The position numbers and the translations under genes were made by a program. A stretch of DNA of 58,251 bases, the filler included, from Dugesia japonica (lineage: Eukaryota): NCBI GenBank assembly GCA_001938525.1. It is 6 parts of 6 records of this genome, joined end to end, with 100 filler letters (N's around TTAATTAATTAA, not from the genome) between each part and the next. Parts side by side here need not be neighbours in the genome. Positions count along the whole stretch, not along the records: positions 8,800 to 17,607 come from MQRL01648080.1; positions 17,708 to 26,710 come from MQRL01472754.1; 4 more parts are not named here. One strand, 5' to 3'. This document shows, piece after piece, positions 11,559 to 24,747 of this stretch (positions within the stretch are counted from its first letter, which is position 1; each line of letters starts with the position of its first letter). The notes beneath the pieces were generated by a model. The model did no database searches. It had not been told where the DNA came from and saw only the letters and a list, made by a program, of their open reading frames with translations.

Positions 11559-13567
11559 AATCTCAAAAAACCAAAAAAAAAACAAATTTGATCGAAGCTT
11601 TTATTTTAAATGAACTCTGAAAAATGATCAGTGGTTATGTCCAACAATTATTCTCACAATAATTGTAATTGTAAAATATTTATTTTTATATTAAATTATT
11701 TTATTTAAATATTATTTATTTTTAAATATTTAAAATATGTATTTTATTAATATTAAAATATTACAAAACTTTAAAACATTATAATATTAAAATACTAAAA
11801 TAAAATTATTTTCTTTTGCTTAATAATATTTCTAACCCCAAAAACGAAAAATAGAATGATTTTTAATGTCATATTAAATCTTTTGTTTTTTAATTTTAGT
11901 GTTATAAACATTTTTACGATTTTTTTAATTAAAGGAAAATACTATCTCAAATAGTATAACTGTTTGTTTTTATTTTGTAGTCACACTAATAAATAATGAG
12001 ACTAATCCAATAGTATGATTATATGCTTATATTAAAAAAACTTAATTACGTATGCAAATAACCTTCTGTTATTGTAAACCAATCTTACTTTTACGAGCTT
12101 TAATAGTTATATTGATTTAAAACTTTTAATCAATAGAAAACATTAACATGAAGAAATATTAATTAAAGAGGATAAACCCCAGATTAATGTGGTGTTCAAG
12201 AATAATAATAATTAAAAAAAATTTTGAAAAAATAAAAGGTTATATCAATATCTATAAATAATATCTTTAAAATAAATATTTTTATATAAAAAACTAAATA
12301 ATATGGATTAAATAAAAAAAATATTTAATATGAATTTTAAAGAAACTTTTAAAAAAAAATTAATTTTTAAGTCTTAAAAAATTAATTTTAATATAAAAAT
12401 ATTTCTTTTTTTAAATCATTTGAAAAAAATTTTGTTAAAAATATTGCCGTTTGAGTATAACATAAATAAAATACTAATTAAGTACTAATACTTAATAAGT
12501 ATTATTACTTATTACATAATAAGTACTAATACTTATTAGTACTAATACTAATACAGTAAATAATTTTAAAAAAAAACACAAAAAAACAAAATAAAAGTCA
12601 AAATTTCAAATTTATACACAAAAACAACAAAAAATTAAAAAATTTTAAATATTATATAATATAATAATTGTTAAAAAAANNNNNNNNNNNNNNNNNNNNN
12701 NNNNNNNNNNNNNNNNNNNNNNNTTTTAAAAAGTTAATTTAAAAATAAAAATTAAAATTCATAATTAAAAAAACCAATAAAATGTCGATAAAATCTAGAG
12801 AATTGAGTAACAAAGATCTATTGCATTGAAGAAGCCAAAATGTTCCTGAAGTCGAAAATTTGAACTTTTTTACAAATACATTTTATTTTGATCGAAGGTT
12901 TTTCTTTATTTTAAAGAAAACATTAAGTTCATTGTGAGAAAATGTAAAATGTTGATAAAGCTTCGAATAGTATGACTAATTAAATACTATAACCTATACA
13001 TTTTTTATACTATTTTTTTCATACTATTTAATAGTTGTAATTCTGCTTATTTTCTTATCATTTTCACGAGAAAAATATTTTTCATTGATTTTATTGGGTT
13101 AATTACATAACCACATATTGTAAATTACAAACTGTAGTCTTTTTACAATTAAAATTATTCCGAGAATAATAGTTAGGCGTAACCATTGATCGTTTTTGAG
13201 ATTTCATTAAAATAAAAGCTTAGATCAAAATTCGGAATGAAAACTATACTATCAAAAACAAAATAAATCTAATTGAAGCTTTAATTTTAATGAAATCTCA
13301 AATACGATAAATTAAGTAAAACAACTATTTTCGCAATAATTGTAATTATAAAACAAATTTAATAAATCAATAAATTCTATTCAATAAATAATTTCTAAAA
13401 ATATTTTTTAGAGTGAAAATAATTTACCAAATATGATAAGGGAATAAGAAAATTAATTAAAATTCTATGAACATTAGTTTGCCGAATAATATAATTGAAA
13501 ATTATCAGTTTTTGATTACAAAATTTAAATTTGAAAATTTTCTAGCTCATTACTTCAGTATTAAATA

Positions 13568-13632
<65 letters not shown>
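13568..13632. repeat. (ATT)n microsatellite running into an N gap
   Basis: Pure trinucleotide run. Confidence 0.95.
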
Positions 13633-15443
13633 NNNNNNNNNNNNNNNNNNNNNNNNNNNNNNNNNNNNNNNNNNNNNNNNNNNNNNNNNNNNNNNNNNNN
13701 NNNNNNNNNNNNNNNNNNNNNNNNNNNNNNNNNNNNNNNNNNNNNNNNNNNNNNNNNNNNNNNNNNNNNNNNNNNNNNNNNNNNNNNNNNNNNNNNNNNN
13801 NNNNNNNNNNNNNNNNNNNNNNNNNNNNNNNNNNNNNNNNNNNNNNNNNNNNNNNNNNNNNNNNNNNNNNNNNNNNNNNNNNNNNNNNNNNNNNNNNNNN
13901 NNNNNNNNNNNNNNNNNNNNNNNNNNNNATAAACATTTGAAAAATTGAATTTCAAATTATCAATAGAATTCTTATGGTGTTTTGTGGAATTTTATGTAAT
14001 TTAAATCATAATTAATTTAAAAAAACTGATTTTAAAATTTTAAAAAAGTAAAAAATGAAAAAAAAGAAAACTTTTTCTGTCTGAACCAAAAACCTCTGAT
14101 TTTTACAATGAACAGCGTTTTTCCACACTAGTGCTTTAGGCAATGTATAAGTAGGGGGATAATAGTAGTTTATAATTGTCTACTGAATGATATAAGTTTC
14201 AAAACGATATCTTTTAAAGTGGCGGCTGTAGACCGTTTTCAAATGTAAATCTCTAAGATATTTTTACTCACTTGTCCGATTGAAGATTTAACCACAGCAA
14301 ATTGGTCGTTTTTCATTACTCATCCAACAATAAGAAATTTGATACCATAAAATAAAATAAAAGAAAATTTTTAAAAAATTTAAAAATATAAATAAAATTT
14401 TATCAAAATTTAAAACAAGAAAAGATTTCAAAAAAAGAAATAAAAATATAAACAAAAGAATTGGCATCGACTAACTAATGGTGGTCATGGAAAAGACCTT
14501 GGCCTAAATTTGATTTGACCCTGACCTTTAAATTTCAAAACAGATTGAAAATTGCAAACAGTCAGAATCGAATTTACTAAAACACTTTGACTTTGATGTG
14601 CCAGTTAATTATTTAAATATAGAAATAATGAAGATCAGGTAATAAAAATTGAAATAACAGAATAGTAATTTAATAAAAATATAAATTAGCAGTTATCAGT
14701 TTAAAATTATATACTTGTATTATATTTACAATTATGTAAAATTATAAATAGCTGAACTGTCTGGCCCTCATCGATAAAANNNNNNNNNNNNNNNNNNNNN
14801 NNNNNNNNNNNNNNNNNNNNNNNNNNNNNNNNNNNNNNNNNNNNNNNNNNNNNNNNNNNNNNNNNNNNNNNNNNNNNNNNNNNNNNNNNNNNNNNNNNNN
14901 NNNNNNNNNNNNNNNNNNNNNNNNNNNNNNNNTTAAAATTGAATTTTTTTAATTGAAATTGGAATTTTCTTATAATTCAATTAATTATTTAATTATTTCG
15001 TAAAAAAGAAAGAGAAAATCCTATGTATATCCTAGAAATTTGATATGATTAAAACATTTCTGTTATTATTATATTATAATTGATTTTCTCAATACAGTGG
15101 AAATATTAAATTTTTTAAGTTGATAATTTATAGAAAATTAATATCACCTACAAATGAATTCCGATAGAAAATCATTTGTATTCTCTTTACTAAATCTTCA
15201 TTGCTTGAAATAAAATAAATTAATTAACAATTTTTATTTATAAAAATGAATTTTAAAAAATTTCGTCGTCTTTAAAATAAATTGATTTTTTGATTGATGT
15301 TTTACATTTTTTTAAATTTATATTTTTATATTTCATATATTTCATATAAATTTCTTCATATTAAAACTTTTATATAAAACGTTTTCTTATTTGTTTTAAT
15401 ATTAATACTTTTTNTGAAAAATAACAACTGTTAAATATGGTGC

Positions 15444-15905
15444 AAACTGATGTTTAATAATGGAATGTACCAATATTATTTAAATAGCAAAACAACCAGC
15501 ATCATGTATTGTATATGCTCCGAATCTTCCATTTGAAATGATCGATTAACAACTAATGTTGTGATAAACAACGAATCTGTAGGTATTTATAGAAGAGTTG
15601 AACATTCACATTTTGAGGAAGCTGATAGTATTGAAATAAGGGCAATAACAAAAAAAATAAATGAAATAGTTCTTGCCACACCTAATTTTGCTCCAGGTCT
15701 TCCAATTCAAGAAGAACTTAGTCAAGTTAGAAGTACAGAAGTAATGGCTGATATTACTGAAAACACTTCTTTATTAAGAATGTTAATTAGAATTGAAAAC
15801 AGTAAGAGATCTAAAATCCCTTNCTCCTTAGATACATGCGTTATTGACTTTCCATAAAATAAAAGACTTTTAGGAGGAATTTTTGCAGTATTATTCCGGA
15901 CTTCT
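15444..15905 (+). mobile_element. Mutator-like (MULE) transposase relic with FLYWCH zinc finger
   Basis: In-frame KLMFNNGMYQYYLNSKTTSIMYCICSESSI*NDRLTTNVVINNESVGIYRRVEHSH (decayed FLYWCH), followed by ...LLRMLIRIENSKRSKIPXSL...FLQYYSG, as in FLYWCH-MULE transposases. The DDE core is absent. Confidence 0.7.
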
Positions 15906-17106
15906 TATTAAGAAGAAATATACTATTAATAATGAAAAGATTGGTTTTATTGTAAGAACCTATTTAGTTTGCAAAATAGACAATCAAATTGATGAATATT
16001 TATTAAACATTGCAGTACTTCCAAAACATAACTATAACAATATATTCCATGGCAACAATTTACAATCATTGAAAAAGAATAAATAAAATTTTAGATTTTT
16101 TTATTAGTTTTTTATTAGTTTATTAGTATAATAATTTATTTATTATTGATTTTCTTCTTTTTATTAATTATTATTTTCTAACAGTAATTAACTATTTTTG
16201 ATTAATTTTATAACAATGAGGTTTCATTTGGAATATACAAAGTTTTTATGAAAATATTTATGTGAAATATCTAGGTACGTTTCAAACACGAACTTCAACT
16301 TCATCTTTCTGGCATAAATATTGATGAATCTAATCAATTTTTAAGGATCTGTTTGAAAGGTTTTGTATTTTGTTACTTACACAACTATATCATTTTATTC
16401 AAATAATCTTAATATTAAATATGATATTAACCGTACCTCATGCATGAGTATTATTACATATCATTTTGTGCTTGTGGAAAAAGTTTCGAATTAGTCGTTA
16501 GAAGACATAAAATCGATCGCTAAAACTAATTAGACAAAAATTATACTGACATCTCTTGACACGTAAAAAGGTATTTCATAGTAAGCACTCTAATAACCCG
16601 GACCTACCTTGTGGAGTTTTTAAAATGTGATTTAGCTTGCTTGATATATGCAGGGATATATAATAGTTAAATTATTTGTTGTATGCTTCCGTGTTGAAAG
16701 AAAAGAGCATTATAATCAATGTAATTCTGTGTTACTAATATTGAAAAATATATTTATTAAGTTAATTTGGTAAGAGAAAATCAATTCCGGTTTTAATATT
16801 TTCACGGGTAACGTTGATCTCCTCGAAGTAGAAGAATGACAAAACGATAATGTAAATTCAGAAAACATGGAAAATATTTCTAGATACGAAGACGAGGTAG
16901 AAAAAGAGTTATAACAAGAAAATTCAATAATCCAATTATATGGAATATTAAATCTCATGAAAACTTATCAAATATTATAAATAATTACAGAAAATGGAAA
17001 ATATTTGAAAAAGATGTTCAAAAATGGAGGTATACTACATAATTACAATGAAAACTATGGCAAAGTTTATTAAAAAATAAATAACGCCATTTAAAATAAA
17101 ACTTTA

Positions 17107-17147
17107 TTGTTATATATTTCGACGGATCAACCGTCATCATCACACAA
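17107..17147 (-). ncRNA. Degenerate minimal hammerhead ribozyme (Penelope-type end)
   Basis: Minus strand reads ttgt-GTGATGA-T-gacgg(ttgat)ccgtc-GAAA-tata-TA-acaa, followed by AATAAA. The first core C is mutated to G. Confidence 0.6.
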
Positions 17148-17607
17148 AAATGAAAACCATGCGTTTATTCAGTCTTTATTATTTAAACAAAAATTAATGG
17201 AATTATACTGAATATAAGACGGCTATAATTCTAAACGTTTAAAATTTTTTAATATTTTTTCTTTAAAAATGATTTATTCCCATAAAATTTTTTTCTATAA
17301 TAATATTTTATTAAAATTACTATTATCTATAAAATTAAAAACGTTTTTCAAAAATATTTAAAATTTTTAATTTTGAATTATATTAAAATATTTAAAAACC
17401 CATGAAATAATAAAAATATAAGTTTATTTTAAAAAATAAAATACAAAACCTTTAAAAACCTGTAAAAACATGAAAAATATGTTAAGATTTTAAAAATTAA
17501 AAAACATTTTTATATTTAAAAAATTCAAATAATTTTAATTAATTTAGTCGAATGAGCTGCATGTACATTAATGCTTGGATTATAAAATCTAATCATTAAC
17601 GTCTCAA

Positions 17608-17707
17608 NNNNNNNNNNNNNNNNNNNNNNNNNNNNNNNNNNNNNNNNNNNNTTAATTAATTAANNNNNNNNNNNNNNNNNNNNNNNNNNNNNNNNNNNNN
17701 NNNNNNN
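17608..17707. other. Artificial assembly linker 44N-TTAATTAATTAA-44N
   Basis: Same 100-nt spacer. Confidence 0.97.
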
Positions 17708-17742
<35 letters not shown>

Positions 17743-17750
17743 TTTATTAA

Positions 17751-17781
<31 letters not shown>

Positions 17782-18092
17782 TTTTTATTATTATTTTATT
17801 GTTTTATAAATATTAATTACTTTAAAATCTTTTTTTATTTAAAAAAAAATCTATAATTAAACGTTTAAATTGTTTGTATTGATCCAATAATTTTTAGTGG
17901 TTTAGATAGTTTTTCTAATAAACTTTGATTTAATTGTTTGTTATAAAAAATTGTTTTTATTAATTGCTTATATATTATACATTTACAATAATAACAATTT
18001 GAATATATAATGTTCACATAATCTTTTATGACAAATCTTTAATGTTCAATAAAAAACACAAATTTTTAGATTATTTTTAATTTGTTTTAAAC

Positions 18093-18133
<41 letters not shown>

Positions 18134-18190
18134 CAATTATTTTTTAAATCTACAATATTAGACAGTGAATTATAAATTAATTTTCTTTAG

Positions 18191-18313
18191 GTTCTCGCCA
18201 CAGACATGTCTAAACATATGACACTTCTTGCCGATCTCAAAACGATGGTAGAAACGAAAAAAGTTGCTGGATCTGGAATATTGACACTGGACACTTATAC
18301 TGACCGCATACAA
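18191..18313 (+). CDS. PDE4: Internal exon of cAMP-specific phosphodiesterase PDE4/dunce (catalytic domain)
   Basis: TTTTCTTTAG | 123 nt | GTAAAT, phase 0-0. Encodes [41 protein letters not shown], nearly identical to the corresponding PDE4/dunce segment. Confidence 0.96.
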
Positions 18314-19379
18314 GTAAATTTATTACTATTTTATGATATTTTTTTTATCATAAAACCCAAATTACTTTTTTCAAAATTTGTTTGACATTTTTCATAGAAG
18401 CTTCATTAAATTCATTTTATAATTACATTATTCTCTTAATTCCCAAAACTATCAGTTTGAACTGAAATAATTTCAAAATTAAATAATCATTTCATTTTGT
18501 TGTCTGTTTTAATTTTTTTTTAAATTTTTTTTTATTAAGTTTTTGACTAATATTTTAATTAGTTTATAAAATTAAAATAATTCTCTCTCATATTTAAAAA
18601 TTATTCGAAACCTTTTCATATTTTGAAATCGTTAAATACATTTAATTTGAATAAATATTAATTAATTTAATTAAATGAATTTTAAATTAAATACAAACAA
18701 ATCATTTAGCAAGCTTAATATTAAGAAAATGATTTATTTTCTTTATAGATCCTGCAATATTTTAATGTTTATATATAATTCCATTTAATAATATTTTCCT
18801 GAAATAATTATATCCTCTAATGGTTCTTCAAAATAATTTAGAATTACAATACTAATATGTTTAGCAACGTTGATTGTGTTGAGAAAAGCGTGTGTACTAG
18901 ATGAAATTTTATTTATAAATCTTAAGAGATTAAAAATTGTATAGCAATACTTTGAAATCAGTTGATCCTGATCAGTTTATTCTTCAACTCATTAGCGGAG
19001 CTTATATAATAAATCTGTTCGTTAAACCTAAAATTAGTAAAATAATTAAGTCTTCTGGAAAGGATATTCTTCTGTAATTTTTTCAATGTAGTTTCTGTAA
19101 AGCTAAAAGTTATAGTAAAATAATATATCCAGGAAATAAATGATTTTTTTTAAACGATTTTTATTATTATTATTTCGTTAAAATAATTTTTATTTGTTCA
19201 TTAGAATCACCTTAATTATCTAAACCTCTCTTTTTACTTTGAAAATATTGATGTTTTATGACATTAATAAAATATTTCAATAAATAAAATATGGTGAGAA
19301 TATTAAAAGATTTATCGAATCTTCAAATAAAATGAAATCACCCCTGACAAAACAAAACTGGATTAGGAAAGATTATCTT

Positions 19380-20900
19380 ACTTCAAAATGGTAAAACGGA
19401 CTTTTCAGTTTAATAATTCATCCTCTTTGGAAATATTTAATGCGATTAAAAAATCGAAACTTAATTCTGCTCCTAGTCCATATAGAATAAATTATGGTGT
19501 TTTACAAATGAATAAAACAAGAAAAATTCTCAACTATTTATTAAGAGTAATCATAAAAAATAATAATGCTCCTACATTATGAAAGACTTATAATACTACA
19601 CTATTTCCAAAACCCGGTAGAAATGATGACGAGTATAAAACTTTTAATAATTGGTAAGCTATTGCCTAGCTCAATACTTCATACAAACTTTTAATGACCT
19701 GTCTATGCAAGCAGATGATTGATTGGTTTACACAAGATAAGATTATATATCGAAAAAAGTGATTTGGAAAAATTGAAGAATATGTTTAACACAACTTGGC
19801 CATAGGTTTATTAATAGAAAAAGCAAAAAGAGAAGAGAAATGTTTTTATCTCGTCTTTCAAGAGTCTAGACATTGCAGATGCTTTTAAAAGTGTACAATT
19901 AAAACTAACTTTAACTAATATTTTGTAGAAACATTGCGTGGAAAGAAATTCCATTGAACTTATTAAAGCNTTTTAACAGTGCTGTAAAACGAATAATATC
20001 ATGAATAATGAGAACTTGGAAAACAAAAATATTGGACTGATACCGATTAGGTGGAAGTAAGACAACTATGCCTAATTTCAATGCTTTTCCTAAATATTAT
20101 TGTAAATGTAGTGCTATGGAAAAATGATAAAATAGATATGAATAATACATTCAACATGGTGGCATATGCAGATGACTGAACCTTTAAAAGTTATGATAAG
20201 AAGATATTACAATCAATAGTAAATAAAACTAATAAAATAATAACTTGGGCTGGAGTGAAAGTCAAATCAATTAAATGTACAAATTTCACAATCCCTTGGA
20301 AATATAAAGGATTTGTAGGAACTGATTGTTATCGGCGAAGAAGTTATCCGCAATATCGACTATGATGAAAACGATTCTTATAAGTATCTAAAAAATTATG
20401 ACAATGCATAAGGTTATCTGAATACCACACAAAATTTATTAAAAAAATGTGAAAATTCGATTCTAAATATTAAGAGAAGCTCTTTGTATCCATAGTAAAA
20501 GTCAGATGCGTCCAAGTCATTCGTTTGTTGCAAATCGGAATTTTTCTTCAAAATTTATAAAACTGTTATAAAACTCTCAAGCAAACTCTAAAAATGAAAG
20601 AGAAAACATTGTACATGATTATATTGTCAGACAGCACATGAGAACTTGGACAACATTGTCAGCTAATTGTACGAAGAATTACATTTATCCAATCTTAGAG
20701 TTAATTGGTCAATGATTGATTAAGTTAATGCAGTCAGTTAACTCCTTCGATAACTTGATGAATTTTAAGGATATCAATCTAAAAGATCTTGCAAGAGACG
20801 AATTATGCAAAGTTATTGGATGTCTATATTTTAATACTGCTCTAGAGAAAAAATCAATTTCAGTCTATTGGAATGAATTATAATAAGATATGCTCATAAC
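19380..20900 (+). mobile_element. Decayed non-LTR retrotransposon RT (RLE type, NeSL/Utopia-like)
   Basis: EIFNAIKKSKLNSAPSPYRINY; TTLFPKPG...NNW*AIA*LNTSYKLL; LDIADAFKSV; NMVAYADD (about 20153-20176); YKYL; SSLYP**KSDASKSF, which resembles the L.PWQK.DA..TF motif. Many stops. Confidence 0.85.
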
Positions 20901-21665
20901 TATATAATCTTGTAAAAGTTAATTATTAATAAATATAGAAACGAACTAATGGCTGAGATTATTGGAATTAATTCTAAACTAAATAAGATATTGAGAGGAG
21001 AAGAATTACTGACAAAAGAATTGTATTTGCTACAGTAGTTGAAAGCAAATAGTATACTTACAAGGGTGTTTCAGGAAGGATCAGAAATGTCTTTTCGATG
21101 GGTGAGAAAAAGAAACAGCTTAACATCTCTTATTTTGCAGTACTAAGAATTTGAAATTAGTTATCACAAGACAAGATTTTTAGAATTTCATGAAAAAAAG
21201 GATATGAAGATAATAATTCTAGTTTTTTATGATCATCGTATGAATCCAAACATTCAAATGATATTAGATTTAGTTAAGAAGAAATATTTTGTCGTTAATG
21301 TACAAAGTCCATTTAATGAAGTTGCGGACCTTTAGAATGAAACAATTAAGAGAACTAGAGATACCCATTGAAAATATTTTGTTTGAAAGGTTTGGAAGTA
21401 TAATTCAAAAACGGCACAATCCAAAATTAGATTATCTGATTAAATTTTCAAAATACCAAGATTTTATTGATAAAAAGCACTAAAGTCATTTTACTTGTAA
21501 TAGATTTAATAAAACGATTGTTAGTGATCCTAAATGTTATTGTTGCGTACATTTAACTATTTTTGTATAGTGTATAACAACAAAACGTCAATTATAGTTC
21601 AAATCCGTTGCTCAAATTTAAAACCCGAGTTTTGAAAAATCAATTTAAATACGAAAACCCTACTC

Positions 21666-22188
21666 TAGTGACGGCTTGTAGATGAATTTTGTGGGAGGGT
21701 TGAAAGAATTATAATAAAACATGACTACAAGTTGAAATAACCGCATTTTCATTGACATATATTTATTTTAATATATTTATTATCATAACATCATAAAAAT
21801 TTGTTAAGCATAATAAGACTTAAGTATAAACAAGCCTAAATACGCAGTACAAATTGCCATGTTTGCAGCCCACGATATACATATCACAAACACGTATATC
21901 ACGGGTAACTCCCACTTGCTTAATACACTGACTATGTGGTGTAACTTGGTCTGCACTGACTGCGGTCATGATAAGTACGCCATCGCACTGACGCATACAA
22001 TACACATTTACAGAGCGCCAATCAAGGTACTTAGTTTCTAAAATTAAAAAATGAATATACTACGAAAGCAAAAAATAGGCTTTTGTAAAATAATTGTAAA
22101 TTAATGCATACGCTACAATGATTTTAAAATATTTTCATTTTGGCTGAAGGGTTGCAGCTCTGCAGTCCTTATGGGCGAGCCACCACGG
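21666..22188. mobile_element. Possible old hAT-like MITE
   Basis: Ends TAGTGACGGCTTGT and reverse complement CCGTGGTGGCTCGC both approximate CAGTGGCGGCTCG; flanking 8-mers match only 5/8. Confidence 0.35.
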
Positions 22189-23188
22189 CCCCTGTCATGA
22201 CTTGACATGTTAATGTAATCCTTAAAAAATAAAGATGTAATAGCTTAAAATAATGTAAGATAAAAGTTCATCAAGTTTGCTTTTATATACAACTAAATTA
22301 TTAAATAGTTAAAAATGGCAAAATTGGAAATTTTTCAGTGAAACCAAATAAATCAAAGTTTTAACAACTTTTCACTTAGAAACCATATATTTTTTAGTTG
22401 ATCTTTTAAAATAATATTTTTTCTAGTTTTTGTAGGATAAAAATAGAATGAAGTCAACCGGAAATACTTTAAAAGTAGGTGTTGATTTAGCAAAAAAAAC
22501 GAAAACGAAAGAATTCATAAAATAATTTTTATAATTCATATTTTTAGTAGTCTGCATTAATTTCATGGAAATTGTATATAAAATTGGCCATATCATTACA
22601 CTAAAATGTCGATATCGTTTCAATAAAAAATCCAAATTTTATAAAATTAATTTATTGAAAATATCAAAACAAAATATGGCAATAATAGTATAAGAAGATA
22701 TTTAAATATTTTAATTAAGAAAACATCATTAATCAAATTTTTTCAATTTTTTTAAAAAATTTTCTCAGTATAATTACTTTTAAAATAATCATTATTTTTA
22801 ATTATTTAATAATTAATAATAAATTATTAATAAAATTCAAATGAATAAGTCAATTTATTTTCATTTCTAAAATCTATACAAAAACTGTACAATATTTATC
22901 TAAGTTATTTATTTTAATTGAAATATTTATACAAGATCAGTTGTAATGCCCAATAATTCTTGTTAGTTAATTCTAGTTAATGCATTGCAACACAAACAAA
23001 CAGACATAATTTGTTCATACAATACACTATGGTAGTTATATTTTATTATGATATCAATATATTTTTTAATGTTAATTTCGTGGGCAAAGTTCTTATTAAT
23101 CAATTTTCATGTAAATAAATCACTCAAAGATAAACCGGCGAATCGTCGACTGATTGGCTCAATGCTAAATTGATACTGGCAAATCTTT

Positions 23189-24747
23189 TCGGGTAGAAAT
23201 GCACATAACTTTGTAGTTAGGTTCCTTGAGTCATTAAAAGTAAAAAAATTCTTATAAACATAAGTCCGATTATCAACCATTTACAAGATATTAAGGATCA
23301 AATAATTAACTTTCATTAATAATTATATTTATTTAATATTTATTAAACGTTGTATTTATTTAATATTTATTAAACGTTATATTTATTTAATATTTATTAA
23401 TATTCAAACTATTAAGAGACAAGTGCTTGTTTTAATATTCCAAATAAAAAATTATTATTGTCGCACCATTTTAAAATTAGGTAAATTTTTATTAATAATT
23501 AAAATATTTGAATATTTTATTATCGTTTGGATATTATAGATTAGGCATAATGCCATTTCAATTTTCCAATCAAGAGTATGTTGATTTGATATTTTTGTAT
23601 GAATACTGCAACAGTAATTCTGCCGCAGCTCGAAAGAAGTATGGCGAATGATTTTCTAACCGCAGGTTACCTGATTGTGAAACATTTCGACGTGTCTTAG
23701 TGTCACTTATAGAAAAGGGATGCTTCCCTAAGGCATGCAGAGAAAAATTTATACAAAGAATAAACAGATCTGAGGTCATTGAAAAAAGTAAATAAAGATG
23801 CTAAATCAAGCGTAAGAAGAATCTCAGCATAAAACTTGACTCAAGCAAACAACCGTTTACCAGACGTTACGTTAGGAAAGTTTTATCCATATAATTTTAA
23901 ATACGTTCAACAGCTTCACCAAGGTTATTTAAAAAAAGTAGGATTTAGCAAATGGTTAAATCAGCACTGGCAATTGATTCCACCATTCTATTCTGCGATG
24001 AGGCTACATTCACAAGAGACGGAATCAACAATTCGTATAATGAACATGTGTGGGCAACAGAAAATCCACATGCGATAAGAGAAACTCATTTTCAAAATAG
24101 GTTCTCAAATTATACGTATGGGCAGGACTGATTGGACAATTTATAATCGGGCCTCACGTCTTTTGTGGTCATCTGAACATCAATATTTACCAACAATTTC
24201 TGCAATTGGAGCTTCCACTCTTACTCGAAAATTTTACACTTATTATAAGAAGGAAAATGTGGTTCATGCAAGATGGATTTTCATCCCACCGAGCTAAGGT
24301 GGTGAAAAATATTTTGGATGTGCACTTTCAAAGACGTCGGACTGGAATAAATGAACCTGTAGAGTGGCGCCAAGATCACCAGATCTTAATTTATTAGACT
24401 TCTTCATATGGGGCCACATTAAATCCAAAGCTTATGAAATTTGAAAACCAGAAAATAAAGAGGAATTGATTGAGAGGATTTTTGCCGCATTTGAAACATA
24501 GAAATCAACAATTGGCAAAAGGATCAGTTGAATCGTGTGGAACATTGTGAGAAAGTTGATGGAGATCACATTGAACAGTTGTAAATTCTTTTATGTTGTA
24601 AATACAATGTTTGTCTTTGTCTTTCTTTGATCTTCAATATCTTGTAAATGGTTGATAATCGGACCCATGTTTATAAGACATTGTTTGCTTATATTGACTC
24701 AAGAAAGCTAACTACCAAGTCCTGTGCATTTCTCCGCGAACACCCTG
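23189..24747 (+). mobile_element. Tc1/mariner-superfamily transposon, DD41D (rosa/Visitor-type), near full length and decayed
   Basis: About 115-bp imperfect TIRs (about 23189-23305 vs 24625-24747); the right end is CACCCTG|TA; encloses a transposase pseudogene. Confidence 0.9.
23550..24584 (+). pseudogene. DD41D transposase pseudogene
   Basis: MPFQFSNQEYVDLIFLY (DUF4817-like HTH); ILFCDEATFTRDG; WFMQDGFSSH; RSPDLNLLDFFIWGHIK; ends CEKVDGDHIEQL*. 41 residues separate the 2nd and 3rd Asp after repairing one frameshift. Confidence 0.9.

Larger units (their letters stand above)
11017..13350. repeat. Cluster of about 150-bp Penelope-like terminal repeats in alternating orientation
   Basis: Homologous copies at about 11017-11160(-), 11524-11675(+), 12840-12920(+, partial), 13143-13230(-, partial) and 13270-13350(+, partial) share variants of TTTGATCGAAGCTTTT..TTTTAATGAAATCTCAAA..CAACAATTATTCTCACAAT. 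Two copies begin with hammerhead cores. Confidence 0.7.

Noticed and set aside
12470-12555. AGTACT/TAATAC palindromic patch
   Set aside because: Low-complexity slippage repeat with no defined structure.
14085-14150. tRNA-like or SINE head on the minus strand (GGTTCAGAC B-box-like)
   Set aside because: No convincing cloverleaf or A-box; too degenerate to call.
16578-16960. pogo/Tigger-like TIR (AGTAAGCACTCTAATAACCCGGAC) with acidic coding-like sequence
   Set aside because: No partner TIR or catalytic motif was found.
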